Positions 28,718 through 39,174 of a stretch of 64,000 nucleotides of DNA are shown here, piece after piece. This DNA is from a virus, in IMG/VR virus record IMGVR_UViG_3300029362_000002; one strand, written 5' to 3'. Position numbers and translations under genes: made by a program. The notes beneath the pieces are model-generated. The model worked only from the letters and a program-made list of their open reading frames with translations, was not told the DNA's origin and did not search any database. Positions within the stretch are counted from its first letter, which is position 1; each line of letters opens with the position of its first letter.

Positions 28718-31700
28718 TTGGCAGAAACCGTAAGAATTGAGATTCCGGTGAGCGTGAAAGACAACACATCAGCAGGTGTGCAGTCAGCAACCAGAAATAT
28801 GTCCAATTTCGAGAGAAGCATGAAAAGGACCGAACAGCAGTTAAACAGACTGGATCGGGCACATCATGTAAGAGTCGATGCTGACGATCAGGCATCTGGA
28901 ACAATCAACAGATTGTCGAGTGCTACCGAAAGCCTGGACGGAACAGCAGCAGATGTGGAGATTTCAGCCAATGATACGGCAAGTCAGATTGTCGATCAGG
29001 TTGAAGACCAGGTTAGCGCATTGGACGGTTCGGCGGCAGATGTGGATGTAGGAGCCAACGACACTGCCACCCAAGTAGTAAATGCGGCCAGTGATGCTGT
29101 TGAGAATTTTGACGGACAATCTGGTGACGCAGAGATTGGGGCTGATGATGGAGCTACTCCTGTTATACGAGCGGCAGAGGACGCAGTAGAAAACTTCGAT
29201 GGAAGCTCTGGAGATGCTGAAATTGGTGCAGACGATGGCGCAACACCGGTGGTGCGAGCGGCACAAGATGCTGTCGAAAATTTCGATGGCATGTCCGGTG
29301 ACGCAGAAATCGGAGCTGACGATCAGGCATCTCCAGTCATTGATTCGGCCAGGGACAAAGCAGAGTCTTGGGCCGGTTCTGTTTTTAATGCCACCATAGG
29401 AATCATTGATAATGTTACCGCACCAATACAGAGCGTGCTTAGAGCAGTAAGCAACCCTGTTGTTCAAGGGGCGTCATTACTGGGAGTTTCGCTAGGGGTA
29501 GCAGATACTGTAAACACATTCAAGGATTTTGAATCCATGATGTCTCAGGTGAAAGCCATATCAGGAGCCACAGGACAGGACTTTGAGGATTTGACTGCAA
29601 AGGCGAAGGAGATGGGAGCAACCACAAAATTCACCGCTACGCAGAGCGCAGAGGCGTTCAATTACATGGCGATGGCCGGTTGGCAGCCTACTCAGATGAT
29701 AGACGGTATTTCTGGTGTAATGAATTTGGCGGCGGCTTCTGGCGAAGACCTGGGAACCACCAGTGACATTGTAACCGATGCCATCACAGCTTTTGGACTA
29801 CAAGCAGGAGACGCAGGGCATTTTGCGGATGTGCTGGCCCAGGCAAGCGCAAATGCCAACACAAATGTAGGTATGCTCGGTGAGAGTTTTAAGTATGTTG
29901 CACCTGTGGCCGGAGCGATGAATTATACAGTAGAAGACACATCCTTGGCTCTCGGTCTCATGGCTAACGCAAGTGTGAAGGGAAGCATGGCCGGTACTTC
30001 TTTGAAAACAGCTATCGCAAATATGGCAGCACCTACGAGCAGTATGGCGGCAGCTATGGAAAAGTACGGAATCAGCATAACGGACAGCGAAGGAAACATG
30101 AAAAGCCTTAAAGGGGTCATGGACAATATCAGAAGTAGCCTCGGCGGTCTTGCAGAAGATGAGCAGACTGCGGCAGCTTCCACCATTTTCGGGAAGGAAG
30201 CCATGGCTGGTATGTTAGCTATCGTCAATGCGTCTGAAGATGATTACAACAAGCTGAGTACGGCTATTTACAACTCCAAAGATGCAGCTCAGGACATGGC
30301 AGATACGATGATGGATAATCTGGCCGGTTCAATGACCTTGATGCAGAGCGCAGTAGAAGGAGTACAGAACTCTTTCGGAAAAAGGCTTTCTCCATATCTG
30401 AAAACTGCGGTTGAAGGAATTACTGCAGAAATGCCGGCAGTAGAAGAAGCACTGAACAATATCATGGATGTTGTGGACGGAAAAGCTACGTCACTTAAAC
30501 GAAGCATTAAGAGCATGACAGGCTCCCAGGAGTGGAAAGATGCAGATTTCTTTGGGAAAGTTGATATTGCCTGGGACAAGATCATTGCAGAACCGTTTAT
30601 GAGCTGGGCCGGATCAGAAGGTAAATCGATGCTGTCACAGGGAATCGGGAAATTGTTTTCCAGTGCATCAGCAATTCTACCTGGCGGTGAAAAAGCAGGT
30701 CTGACAAGCTGGTTAAGTGCCGGATTAATTGGAGTTGGAGCATCAAAGCTAATCAGCGGAGGAAAGAATGTCGCAAGTGCATTAACACCTATCGGATCAG
30801 CAATAAAAAATATCGCATCAGCAGCCTCCGAAGCAGATACAGTCGGAGGATTTTTTACGTCCTTAACAGGAATGACTTCTAAAGCAGGAATGATCGGACT
30901 TGGAGCAGCAGCTATTGTTGCGGCTATTGCCGGTATCGCAGTGGCGGTAGACAATTACAATTCCAAAGTTCTGAATGATAATTTGGAAGAACATTTCGGA
31001 AAGATCAAATTGTCTGCAAAAGAAGCGGAAGAAATTGCTTCCGGCATTCTTAATCAAAAGTACCTTACGAATGTAGAACTTGCTCTAAATGAGGTAAAAA
31101 ACGCAGACAGCCTGAGAGAGGCAGCACAAAAAGCCCTGGAGTCTAACGATGTGCTGGAGTTCAAGAGTAGGGTAGGAATCACTCTCACTCCGGAAGAGAG
31201 AGAGGATTATACGAGCAATATTAAAACGTTTGTGGATTCCAAAATCGAAGAGCTGCAGAGCAGGACGTTTGCTGCACATATTCATGTTCAGACCTACATT
31301 GGTGGAACAAAAGAAGGTGATACCCTCGCAAAGAATATCGAAGACTGGGCGAGAGCAGACAACTTGGAACTTACTAATCTGTCGAATGATCTGCAGACTG
31401 CTGTAGAAAAAGCCTTGACTGATGGCATCATCGATGTTGATGAAGAACAGGCAATCAGTGCTTTGCAGGAAAAAATGAACAATATTACTGCCCGTTGGAA
31501 AGAATCAGAAGCTCAGGCAAAGTGGGACTGGATCAACCAGGAGTACGGAAATCTGAACGCAGCCGATCTGGAAAGCGGGTCTTTTACTGAGCTACTAGAA
31601 GCTATGAGAGGTCAAAGGCAGTCAGCAAAAGAAAGCGTACAGGCAGATGTTGAACAGTGGTACTCAGAGCTTAATTCAATGGAATCGGCCGGCAGGATTA

Positions 31701-34003
31701 CAGATGCTCAGAATAAGCAGTACAAAGAAATGACCGGCTGGTATGTGAAAGGACAGGAAGGAAGTGAGCTGACTAAGAGCTTGCAGCTGGGAGCAAACAC
31801 ACTGAACTCTGCATATGCAGAAAAAATTCAGAGTAATAGACAGAGCCTTGCAGAAAATGCACAGTATTCTTTGGAATCAGCACAGAATATGCTGGCAAGC
31901 GGAGATACTTTCTCTGCGTCAAATGCACTGATGTATGGCTTCAATGAGCTTGGCAATGGAAAAACACTTGGATTCACTACAGACGCTACACAAAATGCTT
32001 TGAGTACGATGTATGAAAGCATGAAACCAGACGTAACGCAGATGCAGGGATTGATTGATGATTATAGGGAAGCCGGAAAAGCGGTTCCACAGAGCTTGAT
32101 GGATTCTTTCAACGAAGCCGTTGAAGTCGGAGCGGCGGCAGGTGATACTGCGGCTACATGGCAGAATTACGCTAATCAGATTTGGCAGAATGGAAGCGAT
32201 GAATTAAAGGCATCACTTACAGACCCAAGCAATCCTATGTACGAGACTATCCGTTCTCAGCTTCCACCGGAATTGACAGAGGCAATAGATCGAGCGGCGG
32301 CAGAGACAACTACAGAGGACGTAACCCTGGAAGGCTTAAAGGCATCGGTTGACGGTGACGTAGATATAGACAAGGACAAATGGGTGTCTGCTTTAAATGA
32401 AAAGTTGGGAGATTTGGCAACAACAGAGGAAGTTACCGCAGAGGGTGCGACTATCAAAGTTGAAGCTGGGGACTGCTTATGGGATATTGGCAATGCCCTT
32501 GGTGTTGACTGGCGGACTATAGCAGAAGAGAACGGCATCGAAAGCCCATACGTTATTCATCCTGGAGATGAAATCAAGATTTCCATGGACACATTAACTG
32601 CCGAAGTAGATGGAGATGCAGCACAATCAGCAATCGATCAGGCAATGTCTGCGTTGACAACTGAGGGCGCTGAATTTTCTGTTACTGCAGAAGGCGTTCA
32701 AGTGGATTTGTCCGATGTTCAAGTAGATTCAGAATCAGCAGCCGCTCAGATTGAAGCGGCACTTGGCATGGAATCCGGAACACTTGCGGCGAATGGAATC
32801 GAGGTGCAGACAGGAGCAACGGTAACTGTGCCATCAGAATTGGTGCAGGTAGATGCATCTGGTCTGCAGGGAGCAACTCAGGAGGCGGTAAATCAGACAG
32901 ATACAGAACCAGTCGAAAAGGATACGTCCGCAAATGTTAATGTTACGGATACAACAACAAATGCTGAAGATGTACAGGGAAAAGTGGAAGAGGATCTGCA
33001 AGGAGCTGTCGGGGATGCTTCGGTCGAAGGAAGTGCGAATGTTACATTCTCTGATGTAACGGCTGATACGTCTGGAGTCTTGGAACAGGTAACAGCAGAA
33101 CTTGAAAACGCAGTAAGCAACGTGCCAGCCAATGGTCATGCCGAAATTACCCTGGATCAGACCAATAATTCATCAGAAATCTATTCTCTTGCGACAGGAG
33201 ATGTAGAGTCTGCATTTTCGCAAACAATTCCAACAGATGGTCATGCAGATGTTACGCTTGATCAGACAAACAATGCAGACGCCATTTATTCAGAATGCGC
33301 CGGACAGGTACAGAGTACATTTTCTCAGGGATTCTCAGCCTCAGCAGATGTCGCAGTTACACTGAACTGGCATATTACGAATCCATCAGCCAGCATATCC
33401 ACATCAAGTAGCGGATCATCTGTATCAGCTACTATTGCAGGTCATGCAAATGGAGGCGAAGTTGGATTAAGCGGACCAGAATTGTCATGGGTGGGCGAGG
33501 AAGGCTTAGAGTATATCATTCCTACAGTGCCAGGACGCAGACAAAGAGGAATCAGTTTGTGGATGCAGGCAGGAAAAACTCTCGGCATGTTTGGCCCTGA
33601 CGGAGAAATCTCAGCTCATGCCAATGGTGGAGCGGTAGGTGCCGGAAGCAGTATTATTCCGGAGGATTCCATACAGTTGGCACAGGTTCCAGAAAAGTCA
33701 GACAACACAGTCTGGAGCATTATGGGACAAGCGGTGTCCAACGAGAGCAGTAAGGATGCGTCAGAAGGAGACGGAACGACCTTCACTGTGAATAATGCGC
33801 AGCAGAATGATGGTGGAGGAAAAGTTGAAGTCAATGTAAATATGAATCCGGTCATTAAGATTGAAGGAAGTAACATGGATGAAGAAAAGATTTTCCAGGT
33901 TCTGCAGAATAGAATCCGAGAGATGGCAGATGATCTTGGCGATGAGATTGCAGAACGCATGGGTAAAATCTTCAACAATATGCCGGCAGTACAGGAGGCG
34001 TAA
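28718..34003 (+). CDS. Tape measure protein with tandem N-terminal repeats and an embedded LysM domain
   Basis: ~1760 aa. Probable TTG start at 28718, 8 nt after GGAGG (the track start GTG 28709 overlaps the RBS). Contains TMP core (TTKFTATQSAEAFNYMAMAGW), hydrophobic segments, and LysM at ~32449-32590. Confidence 0.85.
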   Translation: MAETVRIEIPVSVKDNTSAGVQSATRNMSNFERSMKRTEQQLNRLDRAHHVRVDADDQASGTINRLSSATESLDGTAADVEISANDTASQIVDQVEDQVSALDGSAADVDVGANDTATQVVNAASDAVENFDGQSGDAEIGADDGATPVIRAAEDAVENFDGSSGDAEIGADDGATPVVRAAQDAVENFDGMSGDAEIGADDQASPVIDSARDKAESWAGSVFNATIGIIDNVTAPIQSVLRAVSNPVVQGASLLGVSLGVADTVNTFKDFESMMSQVKAISGATGQDFEDLTAKAKEMGATTKFTATQSAEAFNYMAMAGWQPTQMIDGISGVMNLAAASGEDLGTTSDIVTDAITAFGLQAGDAGHFADVLAQASANANTNVGMLGESFKYVAPVAGAMNYTVEDTSLALGLMANASVKGSMAGTSLKTAIANMAAPTSSMAAAMEKYGISITDSEGNMKSLKGVMDNIRSSLGGLAEDEQTAAASTIFGKEAMAGMLAIVNASEDDYNKLSTAIYNSKDAAQDMADTMMDNLAGSMTLMQSAVEGVQNSFGKRLSPYLKTAVEGITAEMPAVEEALNNIMDVVDGKATSLKRSIKSMTGSQEWKDADFFGKVDIAWDKIIAEPFMSWAGSEGKSMLSQGIGKLFSSASAILPGGEKAGLTSWLSAGLIGVGASKLISGGKNVASALTPIGSAIKNIASAASEADTVGGFFTSLTGMTSKAGMIGLGAAAIVAAIAGIAVAVDNYNSKVLNDNLEEHFGKIKLSAKEAEEIASGILNQKYLTNVELALNEVKNADSLREAAQKALESNDVLEFKSRVGITLTPEEREDYTSNIKTFVDSKIEELQSRTFAAHIHVQTYIGGTKEGDTLAKNIEDWARADNLELTNLSNDLQTAVEKALTDGIIDVDEEQAISALQEKMNNITARWKESEAQAKWDWINQEYGNLNAADLESGSFTELLEAMRGQRQSAKESVQADVEQWYSELNSMESAGRITDAQNKQYKEMTGWYVKGQEGSELTKSLQLGANTLNSAYAEKIQSNRQSLAENAQYSLESAQNMLASGDTFSASNALMYGFNELGNGKTLGFTTDATQNALSTMYESMKPDVTQMQGLIDDYREAGKAVPQSLMDSFNEAVEVGAAAGDTAATWQNYANQIWQNGSDELKASLTDPSNPMYETIRSQLPPELTEAIDRAAAETTTEDVTLEGLKASVDGDVDIDKDKWVSALNEKLGDLATTEEVTAEGATIKVEAGDCLWDIGNALGVDWRTIAEENGIESPYVIHPGDEIKISMDTLTAEVDGDAAQSAIDQAMSALTTEGAEFSVTAEGVQVDLSDVQVDSESAAAQIEAALGMESGTLAANGIEVQTGATVTVPSELVQVDASGLQGATQEAVNQTDTEPVEKDTSANVNVTDTTTNAEDVQGKVEEDLQGAVGDASVEGSANVTFSDVTADTSGVLEQVTAELENAVSNVPANGHAEITLDQTNNSSEIYSLATGDVESAFSQTIPTDGHADVTLDQTNNADAIYSECAGQVQSTFSQGFSASADVAVTLNWHITNPSASISTSSSGSSVSATIAGHANGGEVGLSGPELSWVGEEGLEYIIPTVPGRRQRGISLWMQAGKTLGMFGPDGEISAHANGGAVGAGSSIIPEDSIQLAQVPEKSDNTVWSIMGQAVSNESSKDASEGDGTTFTVNNAQQNDGGGKVEVNVNMNPVIKIEGSNMDEEKIFQVLQNRIREMADDLGDEIAERMGKIFNNMPAVQEA
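28850..29368 (+). repeat. Six tandem ~87-bp (29-aa) coding repeats in the TMP N-terminus
   Basis: Units such as FDGQSGDAEIGADDGATPVIRAAEDAVEN, FDGSSGDAEIGADDGATPVVRAAQDAVEN and LDGSAADVDVGANDTATQVVNAASDAVEN. Confidence 0.8.
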
Positions 34004-34006
34004 GAG

Positions 34007-34705
34007 ATGAATGCATCGATCAGACCTTCCGGCGGGGCTGTTACTCAGTTTCCAATGATGCCGGAAAAAATTACTCTTGGGGCAGATGCAAAGTTCATGA
34101 CCTATTCTATTATATCCCTGGGGGACGTAAAAATCCCCAGGGGACAGGGAATCAAGGAAATATCATGGTCCGGAATCTTCCCGGGGAAAGCGAGAAAAAA
34201 TTATCCATTTGTATCATCGTGGGTTGATCCCAATACGCTGATTAAACGAATGGAGCAGTACCGAGACAATGGAACCATTTGTAAATTGTTGGTAACAGGA
34301 ACCTGTATAAACTACAGCGTTTACATTTCCAGCTTCAAAGGCAAATATTCCGGTGGCCTCGGTGATTTTTATTATGATATCAAATTCATTATTGCAAGGG
34401 AGATTAAGATTTACACAACGAAAGAGCTGAAAATCGGAACATCTTCCAAAACTCAACGGCCGGCATCGAAGAAAAGCAACAAGAAGTCCACGACCGGAAG
34501 TAAGACAACAACCTACACGATCAAATCCGGAGACACGTTAAGCAGAATCGCTCAGAAGAAACTCGGCAAAGCTTCACGATACCCGGAAATCTATAAGCTG
34601 AATAAAAGCAAAATCGAAGCAGCTGCAAAGAAACATGGCAGGAAATCATCCAATAACGGACATTGGATTTATCCAGGAACGAAGCTAACTATTCCAAAGA
34701 AGTAG
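34007..34705 (+). CDS. LysM-domain tail protein (XkdP-like)
   Basis: C-terminal YTIKSGDTLSRIAQKKLGKASRYPEIYKLN...PGTKLTIP is a LysM motif. Position after the TMP. Confidence 0.7.
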   Translation: MNASIRPSGGAVTQFPMMPEKITLGADAKFMTYSIISLGDVKIPRGQGIKEISWSGIFPGKARKNYPFVSSWVDPNTLIKRMEQYRDNGTICKLLVTGTCINYSVYISSFKGKYSGGLGDFYYDIKFIIAREIKIYTTKELKIGTSSKTQRPASKKSNKKSTTGSKTTTYTIKSGDTLSRIAQKKLGKASRYPEIYKLNKSKIEAAAKKHGRKSSNNGHWIYPGTKLTIPKK

Positions 34706-34716
34706 GAGGTGGTTTC

Positions 34717-35979
34717 TTGATAAATGTAAATAATGTTTCGTATACGGTAATTGTTATCACTGAAAAGAAGTTGCAGCTGAATATTACTCAGGCGGTTGAG
34801 GAGCTTGGCTGGGAAGAAAACGAAGATGAGCTGGCAATGAAGATACATTTCAATATGTATAATGCGTTGTACAACAAAGAACGTCTTTCTTCTCTTGTAA
34901 AAATTAACTCTGTTGTGGTAGTGAAGGCCTACTGGGGGAGCGGAAAGGGCATTGTTGCCATGGGAAATATCGTGGAATGTGAAAGAAAGGTTTCAAAAAG
35001 TGATGATGTTTTTAATGTCGTTGCCTATGACAACCTTTTTAATTTGCAGAAAAGCAGCGACAATGTTTATTTTGCTTCCGGAAAAAAGACAAAAAGTATT
35101 CTGACAGCAATTTTCAAATCATGGGGCATTACCATTTCAAAGTACACCGGTCCGAATGTAGCACACAAGAAGATACTACTGAAGAACAAAAAACTGGGAG
35201 ACATTATCCGGGAAGTACTGGATGAAGCCAAGAAAAAAGGCGGAGGAGCTGCAATAGTGCGGAGCACAGAATCAAAGGTTCAGGTTATCGCAAAGGGCAG
35301 CAACACAGACATTTATCATTTTTCTGGTGATGTTTCCTCTCAGGTAAGCCACAAGATTAGTATTGCAAACCTGGTTACAAGGGTAAAAATTGTTTCTTCC
35401 GGAAAATCTGATGAAGCAGCAAAGGTAGAAGCAACCGTTAATGGAAAGACGCAGTACGGAGTGTTTCAGACGATTATCACTCATTCAAAGAGCGATAAGC
35501 TGGATGATGCCAAGAAGGAAGCAAAAGAAATCCTGGAAGAAAAGGGAAGCCCGAAAGTTACCAGTAAACTTATTGCACCAGATATTCCATGCGTCCGGAA
35601 AGGAGATATAATCCATGCAAAAGTCGGTTCTCTGAACGGATATTATCTGATAAATAGCATTCAGCATAATGCTAAAAATGGTCAGATGACTATGGATGTT
35701 AAAAAGACAGCCGATCCTACCGCAGCACCAAAGAAGAAAACGCCAGGCACTACGAAAAAGAAGACATACAAAGTAGGAGATGTCGTGAATTTCAAAGGTG
35801 GTACACATTACGATAGCAGTTGGTCAGATGCAAGAGGCTATAGAGCAACTGCAGGAAAGGCAAAGATTACGTTAGGACCGAACTGCGCAGGCAACGGAAA
35901 AGCTCATCCATGGCATTTAGTACACATGGATAGCAAGAGCAATGTTTACGGATGGGTTGATGAAGGCACATTTGAGTAG
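34717..35979 (+). CDS. Baseplate hub/late-control-D-like protein (XkdQ-like) with C-terminal extension
   Basis: TTG at 34717 lies 7 nt after AGGAGG. Position in the PBSX-type order. Confidence 0.55.
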   Translation: MINVNNVSYTVIVITEKKLQLNITQAVEELGWEENEDELAMKIHFNMYNALYNKERLSSLVKINSVVVVKAYWGSGKGIVAMGNIVECERKVSKSDDVFNVVAYDNLFNLQKSSDNVYFASGKKTKSILTAIFKSWGITISKYTGPNVAHKKILLKNKKLGDIIREVLDEAKKKGGGAAIVRSTESKVQVIAKGSNTDIYHFSGDVSSQVSHKISIANLVTRVKIVSSGKSDEAAKVEATVNGKTQYGVFQTIITHSKSDKLDDAKKEAKEILEEKGSPKVTSKLIAPDIPCVRKGDIIHAKVGSLNGYYLINSIQHNAKNGQMTMDVKKTADPTAAPKKKTPGTTKKKTYKVGDVVNFKGGTHYDSSWSDARGYRATAGKAKITLGPNCAGNGKAHPWHLVHMDSKSNVYGWVDEGTFE

Positions 35980-35990
35980 GAGGTGAAGCC

Positions 35991-36356
35991 GTGGCAGATA
36001 CCGCAGGAGGAAATCCTGGAATGAATAAGCTGGCAAGAGTATTGCAGCAAAGAATAAAAGAAACTATGGAAGATGGAATAGGGGACATAGAGCCAGACTT
36101 CGGTGTCATAGGAAAAGACGGAAGTTTGACAACTAATATGTTCCCTATTCCTATTCCCAAAGGAGAGTATTACCTTGGACGACTGGTTTCCGGATTAAAA
36201 ATAAATATCTCCGGAGGAAGCCACGGAGGACACAATTCCGGAAACGGAAGCCACGAACATTCAGTAACTTTGCCAAAGGTGAAAGCTGGAGATACCGTTC
36301 TTGTAACATGGGTAAAGAATACTCCTGTTGTAGTCGATGTAGTAAAGAAATCATAG
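35991..36356 (+). CDS. Baseplate spike/XkdR-like small protein
   Basis: 121 aa with GTG start after AGGAGGTG. Position. Confidence 0.45.
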   Translation: MADTAGGNPGMNKLARVLQQRIKETMEDGIGDIEPDFGVIGKDGSLTTNMFPIPIPKGEYYLGRLVSGLKINISGGSHGGHNSGNGSHEHSVTLPKVKAGDTVLVTWVKNTPVVVDVVKKS

Positions 36357-36368
36357 GAAGGAGGATTT

Positions 36369-36824
36369 ATGGCAGACCAGTTATTTCCGGTATTTGACCT
36401 GCCGGAGATACCGGACGATCCCGAATACGAAGAAAGATACCGCTCCTCGGTGGCGTTTGACTTCGACAAGGGAGATTTCGTGAGAGACGGATCAAATAAA
36501 ATGGTTCGTGCAGACGGCAGGGAAGCATTTATGCAGTGGTGCTGGAAAGTTATTCAGACAGAAAGGGAAGCATTTCTGGCGTATAGCGATGATATTGGCA
36601 CCGAGTTTGAAGATATGGAGGATTTCCCGGACAAGGATTCAAGGGAAAGCGAGATTGAGCGGACGATTACTGATGCGTTGCTGGTTCACCCGGCAACAGA
36701 GTACGTCCGCAATTTTATTTTTGATTACAGCTCTGGAGATGCGGTGGTTTCGTTCATAGTCAAAGGAGCGCAGTGGGAAGAGGAAGAAACAATATCAACT
36801 GTCTTTGAGAAAGGGGTGAGCTAA
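36369..36824 (+). CDS. Baseplate wedge protein (XkdS/gpW-like)
   Basis: 151 aa, directly upstream of the baseplate J-like gene. Confidence 0.5.
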   Translation: MADQLFPVFDLPEIPDDPEYEERYRSSVAFDFDKGDFVRDGSNKMVRADGREAFMQWCWKVIQTEREAFLAYSDDIGTEFEDMEDFPDKDSRESEIERTITDALLVHPATEYVRNFIFDYSSGDAVVSFIVKGAQWEEEETISTVFEKGVS

Positions 36825-36825
36825 G

Positions 36826-37956
36826 ATGGCAGAAGACTTTACATTGCCTGCATTTCTGCAGGATTGCGATGTAGATACAATTCATCAGAGAATGATGGAT
36901 ATGCTTCCAGATGATATTGACAAAACGGAGGCTGGTTTCCCATGGGATTTCACCAGGCCAACAGCATTGATCGCATCGGAACTGCTGGAATATTACATCC
37001 CGGAAACATTGAAGTTGATGTTCCCACAGTGGAGCAGTGGAGAATTTCTTGATTACCTTGCAAATATGGCAAGGTTAGCGAGAAAAGCACCGAACTTTGC
37101 CAGTGTTACGATTGAAATTACCGGAGAACCAGGAACTATTATAGCAACAGGAACGGTGTTTGCGACACCAGCAACAGAAGAAGTGGAGTCTATAGAATTT
37201 GCCACCGAAGAGGCGTGCGTACTGAACGAAAATGGCACTGGAACTGTAATCGCCAGAGCGATGATTGCCGGCGTTGAATCAAACGTGAATGCAAATACAA
37301 TTACGATGATGTCAGTTCCGGTAGAGGGAATTATATCAATCACCAATCCTGTAAAAGCAACCGGCGGTACAGAGGAAGAGACGGACGATGAACTGAGAGA
37401 GAGAATCATGGAGGCAAATGAGCAGATGGATGATTCTTATATCGGTAATGAGTCAGATTACAAACGCTGGGCTGAGTCGGTAGCCGGAATAGGAACAGCC
37501 ATTGTTGTACCGGAATGGAACGGACCAGAAACGGTAAAGATCATCGTGCTTGACGGAAACGGAGAAGCTGCAAACGAAACACTCCAGAAAGCAGTATATA
37601 ACTACATAATGAGTCCTGAAAGCCCGCTGGACAGGCTTGCACCGCCGAATACTATTTTGACAGTTTCCGCTCCGGAGCTGGTAGAGATAGATTATACCAT
37701 CAAGAGTATTGAACTGGAAGATGGATACGCCCAGGAAGAAGTCCTAAAAGATTTCAAAACTGGCCTTGCGAAGTATTACAAGACCGTAAATTCGGAAGGA
37801 GAAGTGAAATACAATTGGGTACATTCAGTACTTACCAATACGCCCGGTGTTGATGATTTTGAGGAGTTGCTTATGAATGGCGGCATTTCAAACATCAAAA
37901 TCAAACTGGATCAGTATCCGAACACAAAGTCTGTCATGGTGAAGGAGGGAAGCTAA
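36826..37956 (+). CDS. Baseplate J-like protein (XkdT-like)
   Basis: 376 aa. ATGGTEEETDDELRERI is the typical J-family motif. Confidence 0.7.
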   Translation: MAEDFTLPAFLQDCDVDTIHQRMMDMLPDDIDKTEAGFPWDFTRPTALIASELLEYYIPETLKLMFPQWSSGEFLDYLANMARLARKAPNFASVTIEITGEPGTIIATGTVFATPATEEVESIEFATEEACVLNENGTGTVIARAMIAGVESNVNANTITMMSVPVEGIISITNPVKATGGTEEETDDELRERIMEANEQMDDSYIGNESDYKRWAESVAGIGTAIVVPEWNGPETVKIIVLDGNGEAANETLQKAVYNYIMSPESPLDRLAPPNTILTVSAPELVEIDYTIKSIELEDGYAQEEVLKDFKTGLAKYYKTVNSEGEVKYNWVHSVLTNTPGVDDFEELLMNGGISNIKIKLDQYPNTKSVMVKEGS

Positions 37957-38838
37957 ATGTTTGATTTAGAGAACTTCCCAACCAGAGAACTTGCAAGGGA
38001 CATGATGGGTATGATTTCCCCCATTTATGACAACTCATATGTGGGAAAATGGATTTTCGAGGTTATGAGCGTACCTCTGTCATTGGCGCAGGACACAATT
38101 AACGAATTAAGGGAGCAGGCATTTCCGGAAACGGCAACCTGGTCCCTTCCCTATTGGGAGCAAAGCTATGGGCTGCCGACCAATGAAGCGTTGAGTATTG
38201 AAGAACGCCGGAGCAGAGTTATTTCAAAAAGGAACTACAGGAAGCCGATGAATCCGGCCAGAATTGAGATGCTGCTGAAAGAATTGTGTAAAAGAGATGT
38301 CAAGCTAATTGAAAACACAGCACCTCATACCTTTGAAATCAGCGTAAGCCCTGGAACTTCGGAAGCCAGTTTAGATCAGATTATAAAATTGGTGAACGAG
38401 GTGAAACAGGCACAAAAAAGTTTCCGAGTGGTTTTTGATACTCCAACAACAATCAAAATTCGGGCAGATCCTAAGCCGCAGAAATTCCCTTATCGAATGA
38501 CAGCAAGAGGAAGAAAAGCAGGTACATATCCGCAAGTTAATTGGGTAGGGATTTCGGAACATGGTTCTGTTATTGTGACTGCGAACAGAATGAGTAGGGA
38601 ATTTCCTTATGTTGTAGCTGGAACCAAACCAGATAGAGCATACGATGCCCGTCTGACTGCGTTACAGCTGCAGGCTTCGTCAGAAGGTAAAGGTGTCGAG
38701 TTTCCCTATCCTATTTCTGGCACAAAGCCAGATAGGAGCTTTCTGGCCGAGATAGAACCAGGAGCGTTGAATGTGCAGGTAGATAGCACAAATGCAGAAG
38801 TTTTGTATCGTGCTTGCGGAAGCAAAAGAAAATTGTAA
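37957..38838 (+). CDS. Tail protein (XkdU/gpI-like) with internal repeats
   Basis: Position after the J-like gene. Repeated FPY..AGTKPDRAY / FPYPISGTKPDRSF segments. Confidence 0.5.
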   Translation: MFDLENFPTRELARDMMGMISPIYDNSYVGKWIFEVMSVPLSLAQDTINELREQAFPETATWSLPYWEQSYGLPTNEALSIEERRSRVISKRNYRKPMNPARIEMLLKELCKRDVKLIENTAPHTFEISVSPGTSEASLDQIIKLVNEVKQAQKSFRVVFDTPTTIKIRADPKPQKFPYRMTARGRKAGTYPQVNWVGISEHGSVIVTANRMSREFPYVVAGTKPDRAYDARLTALQLQASSEGKGVEFPYPISGTKPDRSFLAEIEPGALNVQVDSTNAEVLYRACGSKRKL

Positions 38839-38852
38839 AAGGAGGAGTAGCA

Positions 38853-39158
38853 ATGTTATCAGCTGCGGCACTGGCTGGATTCAGAAATCATGTGAAGAAT
38901 ACGGTCGCTTATGCCAAATACAAAATCGATTCCACCTATTACCAGTCAGAGATTACAGATATCACTATTAGCAGTGATGGAAAAGTAAAGATTGAATTTA
39001 TATTAAACCCTTCGGTATCCGGCGAGGTAAAGGTAACAGAAGTACAGCTTTACAGTACAAGTGGAGAGCTTTGGTGGAGTAAAGCTGAAAATATCACCAA
39101 GAAATCCAAAAAGGAAGGTATTTATTACCGAGTAACCATCAACATTTTAGAAGAGTAG
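38853..39158 (+). CDS. Hypothetical tail-fibre-associated protein
   Basis: ATG at 38853 follows GGAGGAG. Confidence 0.45.
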   Translation: MLSAAALAGFRNHVKNTVAYAKYKIDSTYYQSEITDITISSDGKVKIEFILNPSVSGEVKVTEVQLYSTSGELWWSKAENITKKSKKEGIYYRVTINILEE

Positions 39159-39174
39159 GAAGGAGGTATGCACA

